Positions 31,852 through 41,335 of a stretch of DNA of 64,000 nucleotides are shown here, one piece after another. The stretch covers positions 68,659 through 132,658 of the forward strand of contig DASTBV010000155.1 in the NCBI GenBank assembly GCA_035711805.1, given 5' to 3'. The stretch is from Vicinamibacterales bacterium (GTDB taxonomy: Bacteria > Acidobacteriota > Vicinamibacteria > Vicinamibacterales > UBA2999). A model generated the notes under the pieces. It was given only the letters and a program-made list of their open reading frames with translations, was not told the DNA's origin and did not search any database. The position numbers and the translations under genes were made by a program. Positions within the stretch are counted from its first letter, which is position 1, and every line of letters begins with the position of its first letter.

Positions 31852-32331
31852 ATGGGAGCGACGGCCGATCGGCAGGGCGTGATCGTCAGCTGCCCGTCGT
31901 GCGGCCGGTCGAACCGCCTGCGCTACGACACGCTTGGCAAGACGGTGCGCTGCGGCAATTGCCGCGCGAACCTGCCGCCACTGTCGGCGCCGATTGAAAT
32001 AGCCGATTCCGCCACCTTCGATGCGGCGGCCGCGGGCAGTTCGCTGCCGCTGCTGGTCGATTTCTGGGCGCCGTGGTGCGGCCCATGTCGCATGGTCGCG
32101 CCGGAACTGGAACGCGTGGCGCGAACCAGTGCCGGCCGCTATCTGGTCGTCAAGGTCAACACGGACGTCGTCACGGACGTGGCGGCGCGATTCACCATCC
32201 GCTCCATCCCCACACTGGCGCTCGTGTTCAACGGCCGCGAGATCGATCGGGTGACCGGCGTGCGGCCGGCGTCAGAGATCGAAGCGTTCGCCGCACGCGC
32301 GCTCGCCGCCGCCACACCGCGCGCTTCCTAA
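31852..32331 (+). CDS. trxC: Thioredoxin 2 (zinc-finger N-extension)
   Basis: CPSC...CGNC zinc finger plus the WAPWCGPC active site. Confidence 0.88.
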   Translation: MGATADRQGVIVSCPSCGRSNRLRYDTLGKTVRCGNCRANLPPLSAPIEIADSATFDAAAAGSSLPLLVDFWAPWCGPCRMVAPELERVARTSAGRYLVVKVNTDVVTDVAARFTIRSIPTLALVFNGREIDRVTGVRPASEIEAFAARALAAATPRAS

Positions 32332-32351
32332 GTCCCTGGTCCTTGGGGACC

Positions 32352-32753
32352 TTACTGGAGCCGCACAACCAGCGTGGCGCGATAGTCGTCCGGCTCGATC
32401 GGCGTCGAGCTGAAGGGATACGGCTGCAGTTCCACGAGCGAAATCAGATAGCGCCCGTGTGCCACGGTCGCGCGTGACGCGTCGCCGGTGTGCAGCTCGT
32501 ACGAGGCGGTGCCGTTTCCGGCCACTCGAATCCGTACGATGGCGTCGCCTCCCTGGATACAGAGCGCGTCAGCAGGACAGCGTGAGTCACCGCTCACCCC
32601 GAGGAACTCGATCACCAGGCCGGCGCCGGAAATGCTCGTGGCTTCGCCAACGCCGATGGTGAAGGGCCTGTCGATCGGATTTATTGGACCGGCCACGGAC
32701 GCACCGCAGCCGGTCGCGATCACGAGGCAAAACAGAAAGAGAAGCGTCCGCAC
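32352..32753 (-). CDS. Small lipoprotein of unknown function
   Basis: LVIATGC lipobox. Last gene of the co-oriented envelope cluster. Confidence 0.6.
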   Translation of the reverse strand: MRTLLFLFCLVIATGCGASVAGPINPIDRPFTIGVGEATSISGAGLVIEFLGVSGDSRCPADALCIQGGDAIVRIRVAGNGTASYELHTGDASRATVAHGRYLISLVELQPYPFSSTPIEPDDYRATLVVRLQ

Positions 32754-32786
32754 GTGGACGGATAAAGCAGAGGTCGTACCACCAGG

Positions 32787-35753
32787 CTACCAGCCGGGGC
32801 GCAGCAGGAAACCGACGCGCCATCCGTTCGGCGTCCGATCCATTGGACGTGCGGCCGTCACTTCGATGACGAATCCGCCGAGGTTCGCGCGGCCGCCGAA
32901 GCCGACGCTGCGGAACCTGGCCCGGTCCGACGCGCCCGCGGGGGTCTTCGTCCACAGAGCGCCCCCGTCCGCGAACGCAATCAGCTCGATCGGTACCTGC
33001 CGTCCGTAGTCCAGCTCCCCTGTCAGGAGGCCGACGAGCGGCGCGCGCAGCTCGAGATTCATCAGCGCCAACCTGCTGCCGGCAAGCTCGTCGAGCACTG
33101 CACACGCGGTTGCTGTCCGCCCGCACGCGTCGGCGGCAAACGTCCGCAGGTCGTAGCCGCGAACGAGCGTCTGCAGTCCGACCACCAGCGGCGCGAGGCG
33201 CGGGTCCGAGGCCCCCGAACCGTAGCGGCCGACATGTTCGACGCGTGCGGCAATCGTCAGCGGACGGATCGGCATCCAATAGCGGCGGGCGTCTACCCGG
33301 ACGTCCGTGAACGGCACGCGGCCGAACGCCGGCTCGAGTTCAAGGCGAAGACGTTGACCGAGTACGGGACCCAGCGGGCCCGACACCGCGGTGTCGTAGA
33401 CGAACGCGAGCTGCGCCTCCGCCTGGTAGAGCGCCGCGTGCGCCGGCGACTCCGCGAACGTCTGATTGACGATCTCTCCGGCCGGGTCCGTGACGCGCGT
33501 CGCCGTCTGCCACGCGAATCCGGTCCTGCGCACGCCAACTCGTGCATCCAGGCGGCGCACGGCGTTGAAGTGGTAGCGCATGGCCAGGCCGCCCCATTGA
33601 TGGTCGTAGCGCAGGCTGGTTGTTTCTCTCGTCGTCGCCTCTGCGCCGCGCTCGATTGCGCGGCGCGCACCGTAGAAACGGGCAGGCGCAAAGCCGGCGG
33701 TCACGCCCCAGTTCCACCGCCCACGGCGCGTGGTGTAGGCAAACTGCGCCGCGAAGTCGTCCAGATCCGTCCCGACGCGGAACAGCGTCTGCAGCTGCCG
33801 ATCGCGCAGCAGATCTCCAAACGACGCTCCGAAGCTCGCGCGCACGAGCCCGCCAAAGGCGTTGCCCGTACCGCCGCCGATGAAGGGTTGCGCCACCGTT
33901 TCCAGACGCAGTCGATCGTCGTACGGACGCTGTGTGAACGTGTCGGCCTGCGGCAGCCCTGAGGCCGAATCCCGCAGGGCGTCCGCCACCGTCATCGGGT
34001 GCGGTGTCGCGGCGGTGACCGGCGAGACGCTGTCCGTGACAGGCGCGCATTCACCGCAGCCTTCGACGATCCGAATGCGGTACGCGCCGTTCGCGAAAGC
34101 CGTGAAGGCGACGGTTCCGCTGTCCGCCGCAACCGCCAGCGCGGGACTGGTCGCCGTGATGCCACTCACTCCCGCCTGTTCGTTCGTTACCCGCATCAGC
34201 TCACCGGTGGCCAGCGTCCGCCGGTACACGTTGCTCGTCCGCTCGTGGTCCGCGATGTAGTAGAGCGCGCTGCCATCCGGCGACCACTGCGGGTTGATCT
34301 CCTTGTCGGACAGGATCGGTGTGGCTGCCGACCGCTCGTGGAGTGGACGAACGAGTCCCGATTCCAGATTCAACAAACCGATTCGCAATGGGCCGAAGCG
34401 CAGCTCGTCGACCGACGAAGTAAAGCGATCGGTTGCGAACGCCACGGTCGCGCCGTCCGGCGACCAGGCCGGTTGCACATCCGCGTACGGGTCCGCGGTC
34501 AATTGGCGCAACGTGCGAGTTTCTACGGTGTAGATAAAGAGGTCAGAAAGCCCGCCCTTCAGTCCGGAGACGACGATCTGCGAACCATCCGGCGACCAGC
34601 TCGGGTTGAAGAGTTGGCTGACGTCCGGCAGGCGTGTCTCGTCGCGGCTGCCGTCCGCAACGTCGATGAGGACGAGCACCGCTTCTCCATCCTGAACCGC
34701 GGCCATGGCGAACCGCGCTCCCGTCGGGTCCCAGGCGCCCGCCGAGTTGATGTATTGCAGGCTGTCGAAGTGCGGATCGGCCGCCGTGCTGACGACCTTG
34801 CGTCCCTCCGCGTGGTTCGCCGTATCCGCAACGAACAGATCAATCGACAGGCGATCGCGCTCGGAGAGAAACATCACGCGGCTGCCATCCGGACTGATCG
34901 CCGGGGCGAGCTGCATGCGGCTGCGGCGTTCGCCGCCGATATCGCGCCCGGCCTCCGCGTCGGGCACCGCCTCGTCAATCGAGCCGTGCCACGCCGCCGT
35001 GATCTGCGCGGACGTTTCGCCGGTGACCTCCTCAATCCGTTTGATCGCGTCCTTCCCGCGCGTCCGCAGCACCTTGCCGAACACGCCGTCGCCGAACCGC
35101 TCCGCCAGGTGCGACCACAGCGCGTGACCGTACCGATAGGGGAAGTAGCGCGGATCGTTCAACTGTTTCAACGTGGGCAGACGGTCGTGGCCGGCGGCAT
35201 CGCGGACCCACATCGACGTGTGGGCGTTTGCCGGGCCGAGCGACAGATACTCCGCCATGCCCTCGATGAACCAGCCGGGAAAGGCAAACGCGTCCTGCTT
35301 GACGCTGCGGGCGATGTCGATCTGAAACGCGTGCGCGATCTCGTGGCCGAGCACGTGGTCCGTGTCACCCAGCCCGGGTGCGAACGGCATGGCGATCCGC
35401 GATTTGATGCGCTCGGTGAAGCCGCCCGTCCCTTCACCGATGAATCCGCCGGTCAGGTTCGTCTGCGCGAAGTGCGAATGACTGGCGTAGAGGATCAGCG
35501 GCTGACGCCGTGCGAATTTGTGCCCGAGAATTCGCGACAGCCGCGCATACCAGCGCTCCGCCATGCGCGCGGCGTGGACCGTCGCGGCCTCTTCCTCGGC
35601 GTAGTAATGGATGTCGAAATGTTCGGTCTGCAGCAGCCGGAATTCGAGACGATCGTACCGAACCTTGTTCCGACCGAAGTACTGCGCGTCGGCGTTCGTG
35701 GACGAAAGCATCGCCACGACCGCGAGAGTGATCACCGCGGACGTCCGGACCAT
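32787..35753 (-). CDS. HExxH peptidase-like domain + TolB-like beta-propeller repeats + C-terminal Omp85/surface-antigen barrel
   Basis: Signal peptide, the HEIAHAF motif with GWFIEGMAEY and repeated PD40-like SPDGS motifs. The C-terminal barrel ends in ...LLRPGW. Confidence 0.75.
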   Translation of the reverse strand: MVRTSAVITLAVVAMLSSTNADAQYFGRNKVRYDRLEFRLLQTEHFDIHYYAEEEAATVHAARMAERWYARLSRILGHKFARRQPLILYASHSHFAQTNLTGGFIGEGTGGFTERIKSRIAMPFAPGLGDTDHVLGHEIAHAFQIDIARSVKQDAFAFPGWFIEGMAEYLSLGPANAHTSMWVRDAAGHDRLPTLKQLNDPRYFPYRYGHALWSHLAERFGDGVFGKVLRTRGKDAIKRIEEVTGETSAQITAAWHGSIDEAVPDAEAGRDIGGERRSRMQLAPAISPDGSRVMFLSERDRLSIDLFVADTANHAEGRKVVSTAADPHFDSLQYINSAGAWDPTGARFAMAAVQDGEAVLVLIDVADGSRDETRLPDVSQLFNPSWSPDGSQIVVSGLKGGLSDLFIYTVETRTLRQLTADPYADVQPAWSPDGATVAFATDRFTSSVDELRFGPLRIGLLNLESGLVRPLHERSAATPILSDKEINPQWSPDGSALYYIADHERTSNVYRRTLATGELMRVTNEQAGVSGITATSPALAVAADSGTVAFTAFANGAYRIRIVEGCGECAPVTDSVSPVTAATPHPMTVADALRDSASGLPQADTFTQRPYDDRLRLETVAQPFIGGGTGNAFGGLVRASFGASFGDLLRDRQLQTLFRVGTDLDDFAAQFAYTTRRGRWNWGVTAGFAPARFYGARRAIERGAEATTRETTSLRYDHQWGGLAMRYHFNAVRRLDARVGVRRTGFAWQTATRVTDPAGEIVNQTFAESPAHAALYQAEAQLAFVYDTAVSGPLGPVLGQRLRLELEPAFGRVPFTDVRVDARRYWMPIRPLTIAARVEHVGRYGSGASDPRLAPLVVGLQTLVRGYDLRTFAADACGRTATACAVLDELAGSRLALMNLELRAPLVGLLTGELDYGRQVPIELIAFADGGALWTKTPAGASDRARFRSVGFGGRANLGGFVIEVTAARPMDRTPNGWRVGFLLRPGW

Positions 35754-35791
35754 GGCACCCCTGCAACTCGGACTGGAGGGGCGTTACTCTA

Positions 35792-37762
35792 TCAGCGTTG
35801 CGGGTCGTACACAAACGACCAGCGTGTTCCGCCGTGACGCAGCCCGGTGGCGACATCGGCACGGAAGGTTCCAGGCGCGCCCGGCAGCGCCAGACGAACG
35901 CCGACTCCCGCATCGACATCACCGCGCGCGTCATCATCGGCGCGGTCTCCAACCCGCGCCGCATCAACGAACACGGCGGCACCAGTGCGAACGATTCCGG
36001 CCGACCACCATTGCTGCGCTTCGACGGATGCGTGCCAGAACCGCCGCCCCATCTGCTCGATGCGAAGGCGGCCGTCATCCACCAGCGGGTGCGCGCGAAG
36101 CAGCGTCTCGCGCGTCTGCCCGGTGTCTCCGCCGAACCAGAGGAGCGGCGGCAGATTCGCGCTGCCGGCGGCGGCGCCGCCGCGGGCGAGATAGACGCGG
36201 CCGGTACGCGCCGCAGACGAGGCAGCGGCAATATTCACGCTGACGCGTGAAAACGACGCTGCACCAGCCCACATCTCGCCATCAGCACGGACGTTGACGC
36301 GGCTTCCGCGTGTCAGCATCTGCACCTGCGCGCCGGATCGACCGAGAGTGCCGAGGCGATCCCAATCCTCCACGCCGGCTCCGGCCGTGATCTTCACGAC
36401 CGCATTGGTCCAGGTGGACCACTCGACGAATCCGCCCGCGCGCTCCTCGTCGGGCGGTCCGGCGTCGCCGAACCGCTCGTGTTCGCCGAACCCGCCGACG
36501 CTCCAGACACCTCCCCATGGCGCTGGCGCGTCAACGGCGACGCCGAGGCGCGGCCGGCCGGGCCAGAACCGCCATTCGGCCTTCAGGCGTTCGCCTCCGC
36601 CCGTGAGCGACCCGGTCCCGGCAGCGAGCTCGCGCCGCGAGGCGGCCACCGCGCCGAGAGCAACGTAACTCCAGACATCCGCGGGAAACACCGGTCGCTC
36701 GTTCACCGTCGCGCGGAGTTCCGCCAGGCCGCCTGCCGCCGGCCGCAGCTCGAGACTGGTCGAAACCGCCGCGGGAAGCTCACCTAACCGTCGCTCGCTT
36801 CGCAGCAACAGGTTCGGCGTCACCACCGAGCCCGCCTTCACATCGACAAGCCGTTCAACCACCCGCTGGCGCGTACGGTCCAGTCCCGCCACGCTCAGCA
36901 AATCAAGCCTGGGCTCGGAAACGCGGTTCCATGCCGCCAGCGCTCCGTCGCGGTTGTTCTGAACGAACCGGCTCGTTCCCAACAACCGCCAGCCGTATGC
37001 GTCGCCGGGGTCTGTGGCAGTGGCTGCGCTGCTGAGCGCCTCGACGTCGGCCCACCGGCGCTGGAGCACCCTGACGCCGGCCAGCTCGCGCATCGCCGCC
37101 GCGCCGCTGCAGGAAAGCGCGGTCGTGAGGTGCTGTTCCGCCGCGGCGAGATCGCCCGCCTGCGCCCGCGCGACACCGGCAGCAATCAGCGCATCGCATG
37201 GTTCAGCCGACGGCAACGCGCTGACGGGCGCAGCGGTCTCGCGCTCGCGCTCACCCGGGACGACGACGGCCATCCATCGCTTCGCCGGCTGCCAGCGCCG
37301 CTCGAATTCCTCGCGGCCGACGACACGCAAGGGTGCCCGTGCGGGATCGTGAAAAACCACGGCGTCCGGTGTTCTGGCGACGATGACGATGTAGTGAAAT
37401 CGCCCGGGCCGATCCTCGATCAACGTGAGCACCGGCCGGCCGCGGCGCAATTCGGCGTCGATCGCCTCGCCGCTGCCGGCCAGTGCGGCCGCCATCCACC
37501 CGCGCGACCGCAGCTCGCTCACGAGTGCGTCGGTGCGGATGCCCGCGGCGCTGCGATCGACGAGATGGCTGAAGGACTCGGCGCTCAGCCCGCGCTCGCC
37601 CCAGTAGCGCAGCACCATCGCCGCGGCGGCGCCGCCGCAGAGCGCCTCGGATTGTGAAATGAAGGGAACGTCGAGGATGGTAAGGGGCGCTGGCTGCGCA
37701 TCCACGTGCCCAGCCAGCGCCGCAACCAGAAAGAGCGCGCGCGCCCTGTCAGTCCACTGCAA
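35792..37762 (-). CDS. C39-like (PA2778-type) cysteine peptidase domain + TPR + POTRA-like + beta-barrel fusion
   Basis: VPFISQSEALCGGAAAAMVLRYWG (Cys), FHYIVIV (His) and HDP motifs, then a TPR region. The C-terminal half looks like an Omp85/ShlB barrel. Confidence 0.7.
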   Translation of the reverse strand: MQWTDRARALFLVAALAGHVDAQPAPLTILDVPFISQSEALCGGAAAAMVLRYWGERGLSAESFSHLVDRSAAGIRTDALVSELRSRGWMAAALAGSGEAIDAELRRGRPVLTLIEDRPGRFHYIVIVARTPDAVVFHDPARAPLRVVGREEFERRWQPAKRWMAVVVPGERERETAAPVSALPSAEPCDALIAAGVARAQAGDLAAAEQHLTTALSCSGAAAMRELAGVRVLQRRWADVEALSSAATATDPGDAYGWRLLGTSRFVQNNRDGALAAWNRVSEPRLDLLSVAGLDRTRQRVVERLVDVKAGSVVTPNLLLRSERRLGELPAAVSTSLELRPAAGGLAELRATVNERPVFPADVWSYVALGAVAASRRELAAGTGSLTGGGERLKAEWRFWPGRPRLGVAVDAPAPWGGVWSVGGFGEHERFGDAGPPDEERAGGFVEWSTWTNAVVKITAGAGVEDWDRLGTLGRSGAQVQMLTRGSRVNVRADGEMWAGAASFSRVSVNIAAASSAARTGRVYLARGGAAAGSANLPPLLWFGGDTGQTRETLLRAHPLVDDGRLRIEQMGRRFWHASVEAQQWWSAGIVRTGAAVFVDAARVGDRADDDARGDVDAGVGVRLALPGAPGTFRADVATGLRHGGTRWSFVYDPQR

Positions 37763-38141
37763 CGATGATCAGGATGAGCACCAGCAGCGCGATGATGATC
37801 AGCGTCGTCGAGATGACGATGCGCGACTGGCCGCCGGCCAGCGCACCCTCAACCTGCTGCGCCTGTGCCGCCACTCGCGCCAGATCCTCGCCCTGCAGGG
37901 TCGACACCGCGCCCGTCGCCCGGCGCAGATCGATGCCGGCCCGTTCGGCGACAGCTTTAACTTCGGAGCGACCCAGCACACGCAGCACGGCCTCCCGATC
38001 GGCCGCGGTCGTGTCTACGTGCTGCCGCACGGCGGCGTCGAGCGCCGATTGCGGTGCGGCATGAGTGGTTTGCGCCTGCAGCCGGGGCGCGGCGGCAGTC
38101 ACCATCAGCAGAATTGCAACAAGTGAAACGAACAGTCGCAT
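37749..38141 (-). CDS. PA2779-like small protein with a signal peptide and a C-terminal membrane anchor
   Basis: Signal peptide, a helical Ala/Arg-rich region, ...ALAGGQSRIV, then STTLIIIALLVLILIIVAVD. It overlaps the peptidase gene by 14 nt. The family assignment is from memory. Confidence 0.55.
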   Translation of the reverse strand: MRLFVSLVAILLMVTAAAPRLQAQTTHAAPQSALDAAVRQHVDTTAADREAVLRVLGRSEVKAVAERAGIDLRRATGAVSTLQGEDLARVAAQAQQVEGALAGGQSRIVISTTLIIIALLVLILIIVAVD

Positions 38142-38195
38142 GCGTGCCCTCCTGAAATCGCATTGTAGCGGAGCCGCCGCCGTTGAGTCGCCAAT

Positions 38196-38654
38196 TTAAC
38201 GCGGCTGCGGTGCAACGTCGAACGACCGCGCCTCCTCGTTGACGGCCACTGTGAACAGACGGTCGAACCCCTCCTCGTACGCCGGTCGCTCGAGCCGTTT
38301 CCGCGCGGCGAAGATCGCGACCGCGGGAACGCGGTTCCGACCTTCGCGCGCCCGGTTGCGCCGAAGCGCGTCGGCCGCTTCCGTCGGGAAGAAATAGCCT
38401 GCAACCTCTGCGCCGTGGCGCCGCGCGATGGCGATGATCGCAGCGCGATCGGCGGCGGTGGGATTCGTGTTGTCGACCGCGACGGAACGGCCGGCGGCGA
38501 GCGCCGCGTCGATCAGCTCGTTCTGGCGGCGCTGCGGCTGCCGGTTGTGGCGCATGGCATCCTTGCTGACGTGCTCGTGTGTGCCGGCAAACCGCTCCAG
38601 ATAGAACGTCGTCTTGCCGGACGCCGGTAAGCCGATCAGGATCACGCATTCCAT
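38196..38654 (-). CDS. P-loop kinase (AAA_33 / polynucleotide-kinase-like ATP-binding protein)
   Basis: LIGLPASGKTT Walker A in a 152-aa single-domain protein. Confidence 0.7.
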   Translation of the reverse strand: MECVILIGLPASGKTTFYLERFAGTHEHVSKDAMRHNRQPQRRQNELIDAALAAGRSVAVDNTNPTAADRAAIIAIARRHGAEVAGYFFPTEAADALRRNRAREGRNRVPAVAIFAARKRLERPAYEEGFDRLFTVAVNEEARSFDVAPQPR

Positions 38655-39414
38655 GTGTATCTCAGCGCAGGACGAACGCTTTACCCGGTGGCTGGCGTCG
38701 CTCGAAACGCGTCATCTTGCCGACTTCCGGGTGGCCGAAGTCACGCGCGCCCTCCGGGCATTGTCGTCCGCATATGTACAACGCCGTCAGAAACTTGCTG
38801 CCGGCGCGGCCCTCTCCTCTGCCGGCAAGCGGGCGGCATTCGCGCTGTTTTACGGTCCGCTTCACCTGCTGACCGTCGCGCACATCGTCCGCGCCGTCGG
38901 CGGCGGCAGTCCGGCCCCGACCCAGATTGTCGATCTTGGGTGCGGTACCGGAGTCGCGGCGGCCGCCTGGGCGCTCTGTGCGGGTACGGGTCCTTCGATC
39001 CTCGGCATCGATCGTCATCCGTGGGCAGTGGAAGAAAGCCGGCGCACCTATCGGGATCTGAACCTGCGCGGGCATGCGCGTGTCGGCGATCTGAAACGCC
39101 TTCCCGCGCTCGGCTCGTCCGGCGCAGTTATCGCGGCCTATACCCTCAATGAGCTGGACGACCGTCAACGACACGGCGTGGAGATGCATCTGCTCGAGGC
39201 GGCGACTCGCGGGACGCGGCTGCTCATCGTGGAGCCGATTGCACGGGCGGTCACGCCGTGGTGGGACGAGACCGCCGCGCGCATCAAAGGCCTTGGGGGT
39301 CGGGAGGACGACTGGCGCTTTCCTGTTGACCTGCCGCCGCTGTTGCGCCTGCTCGACAAGTCGGCTGGACTCAACCATCAGGAACTGACAGCGCGAAGCC
39401 TCTATGTGGGGTGA
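38653..39414 (+). CDS. Class I SAM-dependent methyltransferase (Rsm22-like)
   Basis: IVDLGCGTGVAAAAWA motif I. An alternative start lies at 38614. Confidence 0.7.
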   Translation: MCISAQDERFTRWLASLETRHLADFRVAEVTRALRALSSAYVQRRQKLAAGAALSSAGKRAAFALFYGPLHLLTVAHIVRAVGGGSPAPTQIVDLGCGTGVAAAAWALCAGTGPSILGIDRHPWAVEESRRTYRDLNLRGHARVGDLKRLPALGSSGAVIAAYTLNELDDRQRHGVEMHLLEAATRGTRLLIVEPIARAVTPWWDETAARIKGLGGREDDWRFPVDLPPLLRLLDKSAGLNHQELTARSLYVG

Positions 39415-39441
39415 AAGGCCGGCCTGAAGGTCGGCCTTTCA
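39412..39441. repeat. REP-like palindromic element, minimal copy C (terminator between convergent genes)
   Basis: TGAAAGGCCGGCCT-GA-AGGTCGGCCTTTCA. Confidence 0.6.
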
Positions 39442-39451
39442 GGAGATCCGT

Positions 39452-40012
39452 CTATTTCATTCGGCCGCTGATCTGTTCAGCCCTTTCGAGATGCTTGGTT
39501 ACGGTCGGCAGGGTCTTGGTGGCCCACTGATTCACGGCGTTGTCCAGCCGTGAGTCGTCCGAGACACGGCCGCTCGTCCCGGTCGTCGTTGGTGTCCGGT
39601 TGGCGCGCGTCTCGACCATGCTCTTCACCTCGCGGTGACCGTCGACCATCGCTTTCATGTACTCACGATCGAACTCGGCACCGCTCAGTTTGCTGAGACG
39701 GTCGTGGAGAGCCTGATGCTTCGCATCGAGCTGTGCCGGCTCTTCCACGCCCTGACCCTTCACGGCCTCCTTCAGCGTGTTCAAGCCATTCGTGTGCTCT
39801 TTCACCATCATCTGCGCGAATGCCTTGACGTCGGCGCTCTGCGCTTTCTGACCCGCCAGCTCACCAAGCTTGACCTCGGCCTTGTTGGCGAGCATCGCCT
39901 GTTTCGCGAAGCTTTCCGCGCTGACGGCGTCGCCGGCCGGCGCCTGCCCGCTTGGCCCCGCTGCCAGCACCGCGACGCACGCGGCGGTCGCACCCCATAC
40001 ACACAATCTCAT
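39452..40012 (-). CDS. DUF4142 domain protein (secreted)
   Basis: Signal peptide and FAKQAMLANKAEVKLGELA...DVKAFAQMMVKEH repeats. GGGAGGTGA RBS before an internal ATG. Confidence 0.7.
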   Translation of the reverse strand: MRLCVWGATAACVAVLAAGPSGQAPAGDAVSAESFAKQAMLANKAEVKLGELAGQKAQSADVKAFAQMMVKEHTNGLNTLKEAVKGQGVEEPAQLDAKHQALHDRLSKLSGAEFDREYMKAMVDGHREVKSMVETRANRTPTTTGTSGRVSDDSRLDNAVNQWATKTLPTVTKHLERAEQISGRMK

Positions 40013-40085
40013 CGTCACCTCCCGGAACACATGCGGAGTCCAGGTGCAAGTGAGGTGACGTGACGACGAATCGGGATGGCGGGAA

Positions 40086-40739
40086 TCAGGCGTGAATGGC
40101 AGCGACAGCGCGGGCGTATTCGTCGGCGACACCCGGAATCGTCGAGGCCACGAAGCCGAGATCGCGAAGCAGCCCGTCCCGCAGCGAGTAGATCCAGCTG
40201 TGGACCGACAGTTCCTGGCCCCGGGTCCACGCATCGCGGACAACCGTGGTCTGGCAGACGTTGCGTGCCTGCTCGATGACGTTGAGCTCGCAGAGGCGAT
40301 CCATCGCGCGTTCGTCCGGAGTCTCCCGGCCGATGAGGTCGCCGTGCCGGTCGTGCACGTCCTGGACGTGGCGCAGCCAGTTATCGATCAATCCGAGCGA
40401 GTCGCGACGGTAGGCGGCCTGAATCCCGCCGCACCCGTAATGGCCGCAGACGATCACGTGACGCACGCGCAGCACGTCGATCGCGAACTGCAGCACGGAC
40501 AGGCAGTTCAGATCGGTGTGCACGACGACATTCGCCACGTTGCGGTGGACGAACAGCTCGCCGGGTGCGAGGCCGACGATCTCGTTGGCGGGCACACGGC
40601 TGTCCGAACAGCCGATCCACAGATACCGGGGCGTCTGTTGCTGGGACAGCTTGAGGAAGAACTCGGGCTCGCGCGACGTGATGTCGCGTGCCCAGGCGCG
40701 GTTCTGCGCAAAGAGCTCGTGAAGCGGTTGTGTGCTCAC
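40086..40739 (-). CDS. Beta-class carbonic anhydrase
   Basis: CSDSRVP and VCGHYGCGG zinc-ligand motifs. Confidence 0.9.
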   Translation of the reverse strand: MSTQPLHELFAQNRAWARDITSREPEFFLKLSQQQTPRYLWIGCSDSRVPANEIVGLAPGELFVHRNVANVVVHTDLNCLSVLQFAIDVLRVRHVIVCGHYGCGGIQAAYRRDSLGLIDNWLRHVQDVHDRHGDLIGRETPDERAMDRLCELNVIEQARNVCQTTVVRDAWTRGQELSVHSWIYSLRDGLLRDLGFVASTIPGVADEYARAVAAIHA

Positions 40740-41194
40740 GGTTTCAACAGGCTGCGGAGTTGTTCGAGATGGTGGCGAAGGTGCCTGACGTAGTCTTCCA
40801 TCAGAAAGCCCAGAGTCACTACATTGCCGTCAGGACCCTGGCCGGAGCTGGAAAGCGCTTCCACAGGCGTCGTCGCGATGACGTGGGCCAGGTGCCGGTT
40901 ATACGCCGACCAGAGCGCGACGATGTCCCGGAATGGAACCTGCGCGTAGCGCTGCCGCCCGACCCAGTCGTCCTGGTTGTATCCCTGAAAAACCACTGGG
41001 GACGCGTCCCGCCCGATGACGAAGCGCCGGTGGTTGTTGCAGGCGGAGTCGACGAGGTGGCCGAGAACTTCCCGGGCACACCAGCCGCCCTCCCGAGGCC
41101 GCTCCGATGTCCTCGTTTCGTCCGCACGCTGAAACAATTCGAGGCCGTCTCGTATGGCGGCGTGCAGATCGGCGGCGATGGCTGCGGGCGTCAT
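40736..41194 (-). CDS. DinB-family protein
   Basis: Four-helix DinB_2-like pattern with conserved His residues (EVLGHL, YVRHLRHH). Confidence 0.75.
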   Translation of the reverse strand: MTPAAIAADLHAAIRDGLELFQRADETRTSERPREGGWCAREVLGHLVDSACNNHRRFVIGRDASPVVFQGYNQDDWVGRQRYAQVPFRDIVALWSAYNRHLAHVIATTPVEALSSSGQGPDGNVVTLGFLMEDYVRHLRHHLEQLRSLLKP

Positions 41195-41335
41195 GGCGGT
41201 AGAAACAGGCCGGAAACTTGCGTTCGAGCCGTCACATGATACAAATTGCCGGTATTCGGTAGTTCTTTTGTAGTATCTGATCGTTTCGGGTCTGCCCGCG
41301 GGGGGCCTCAGGTTGCGCTTCGGAAAGGAGCCACG

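Noticed and set aside
40013-40243. Long N-terminal extensions given by the ORF track. Examples are 39452-40243, 26907-27131, 17044-17244, 41246-41335, 55827-56072, 54417-54470 and 51042-51107.
   Set aside because: Internal starts give canonical signal peptides or P-loops, are preceded by SD motifs, and avoid overlap with neighbouring genes. The extensions are low-complexity sequence.
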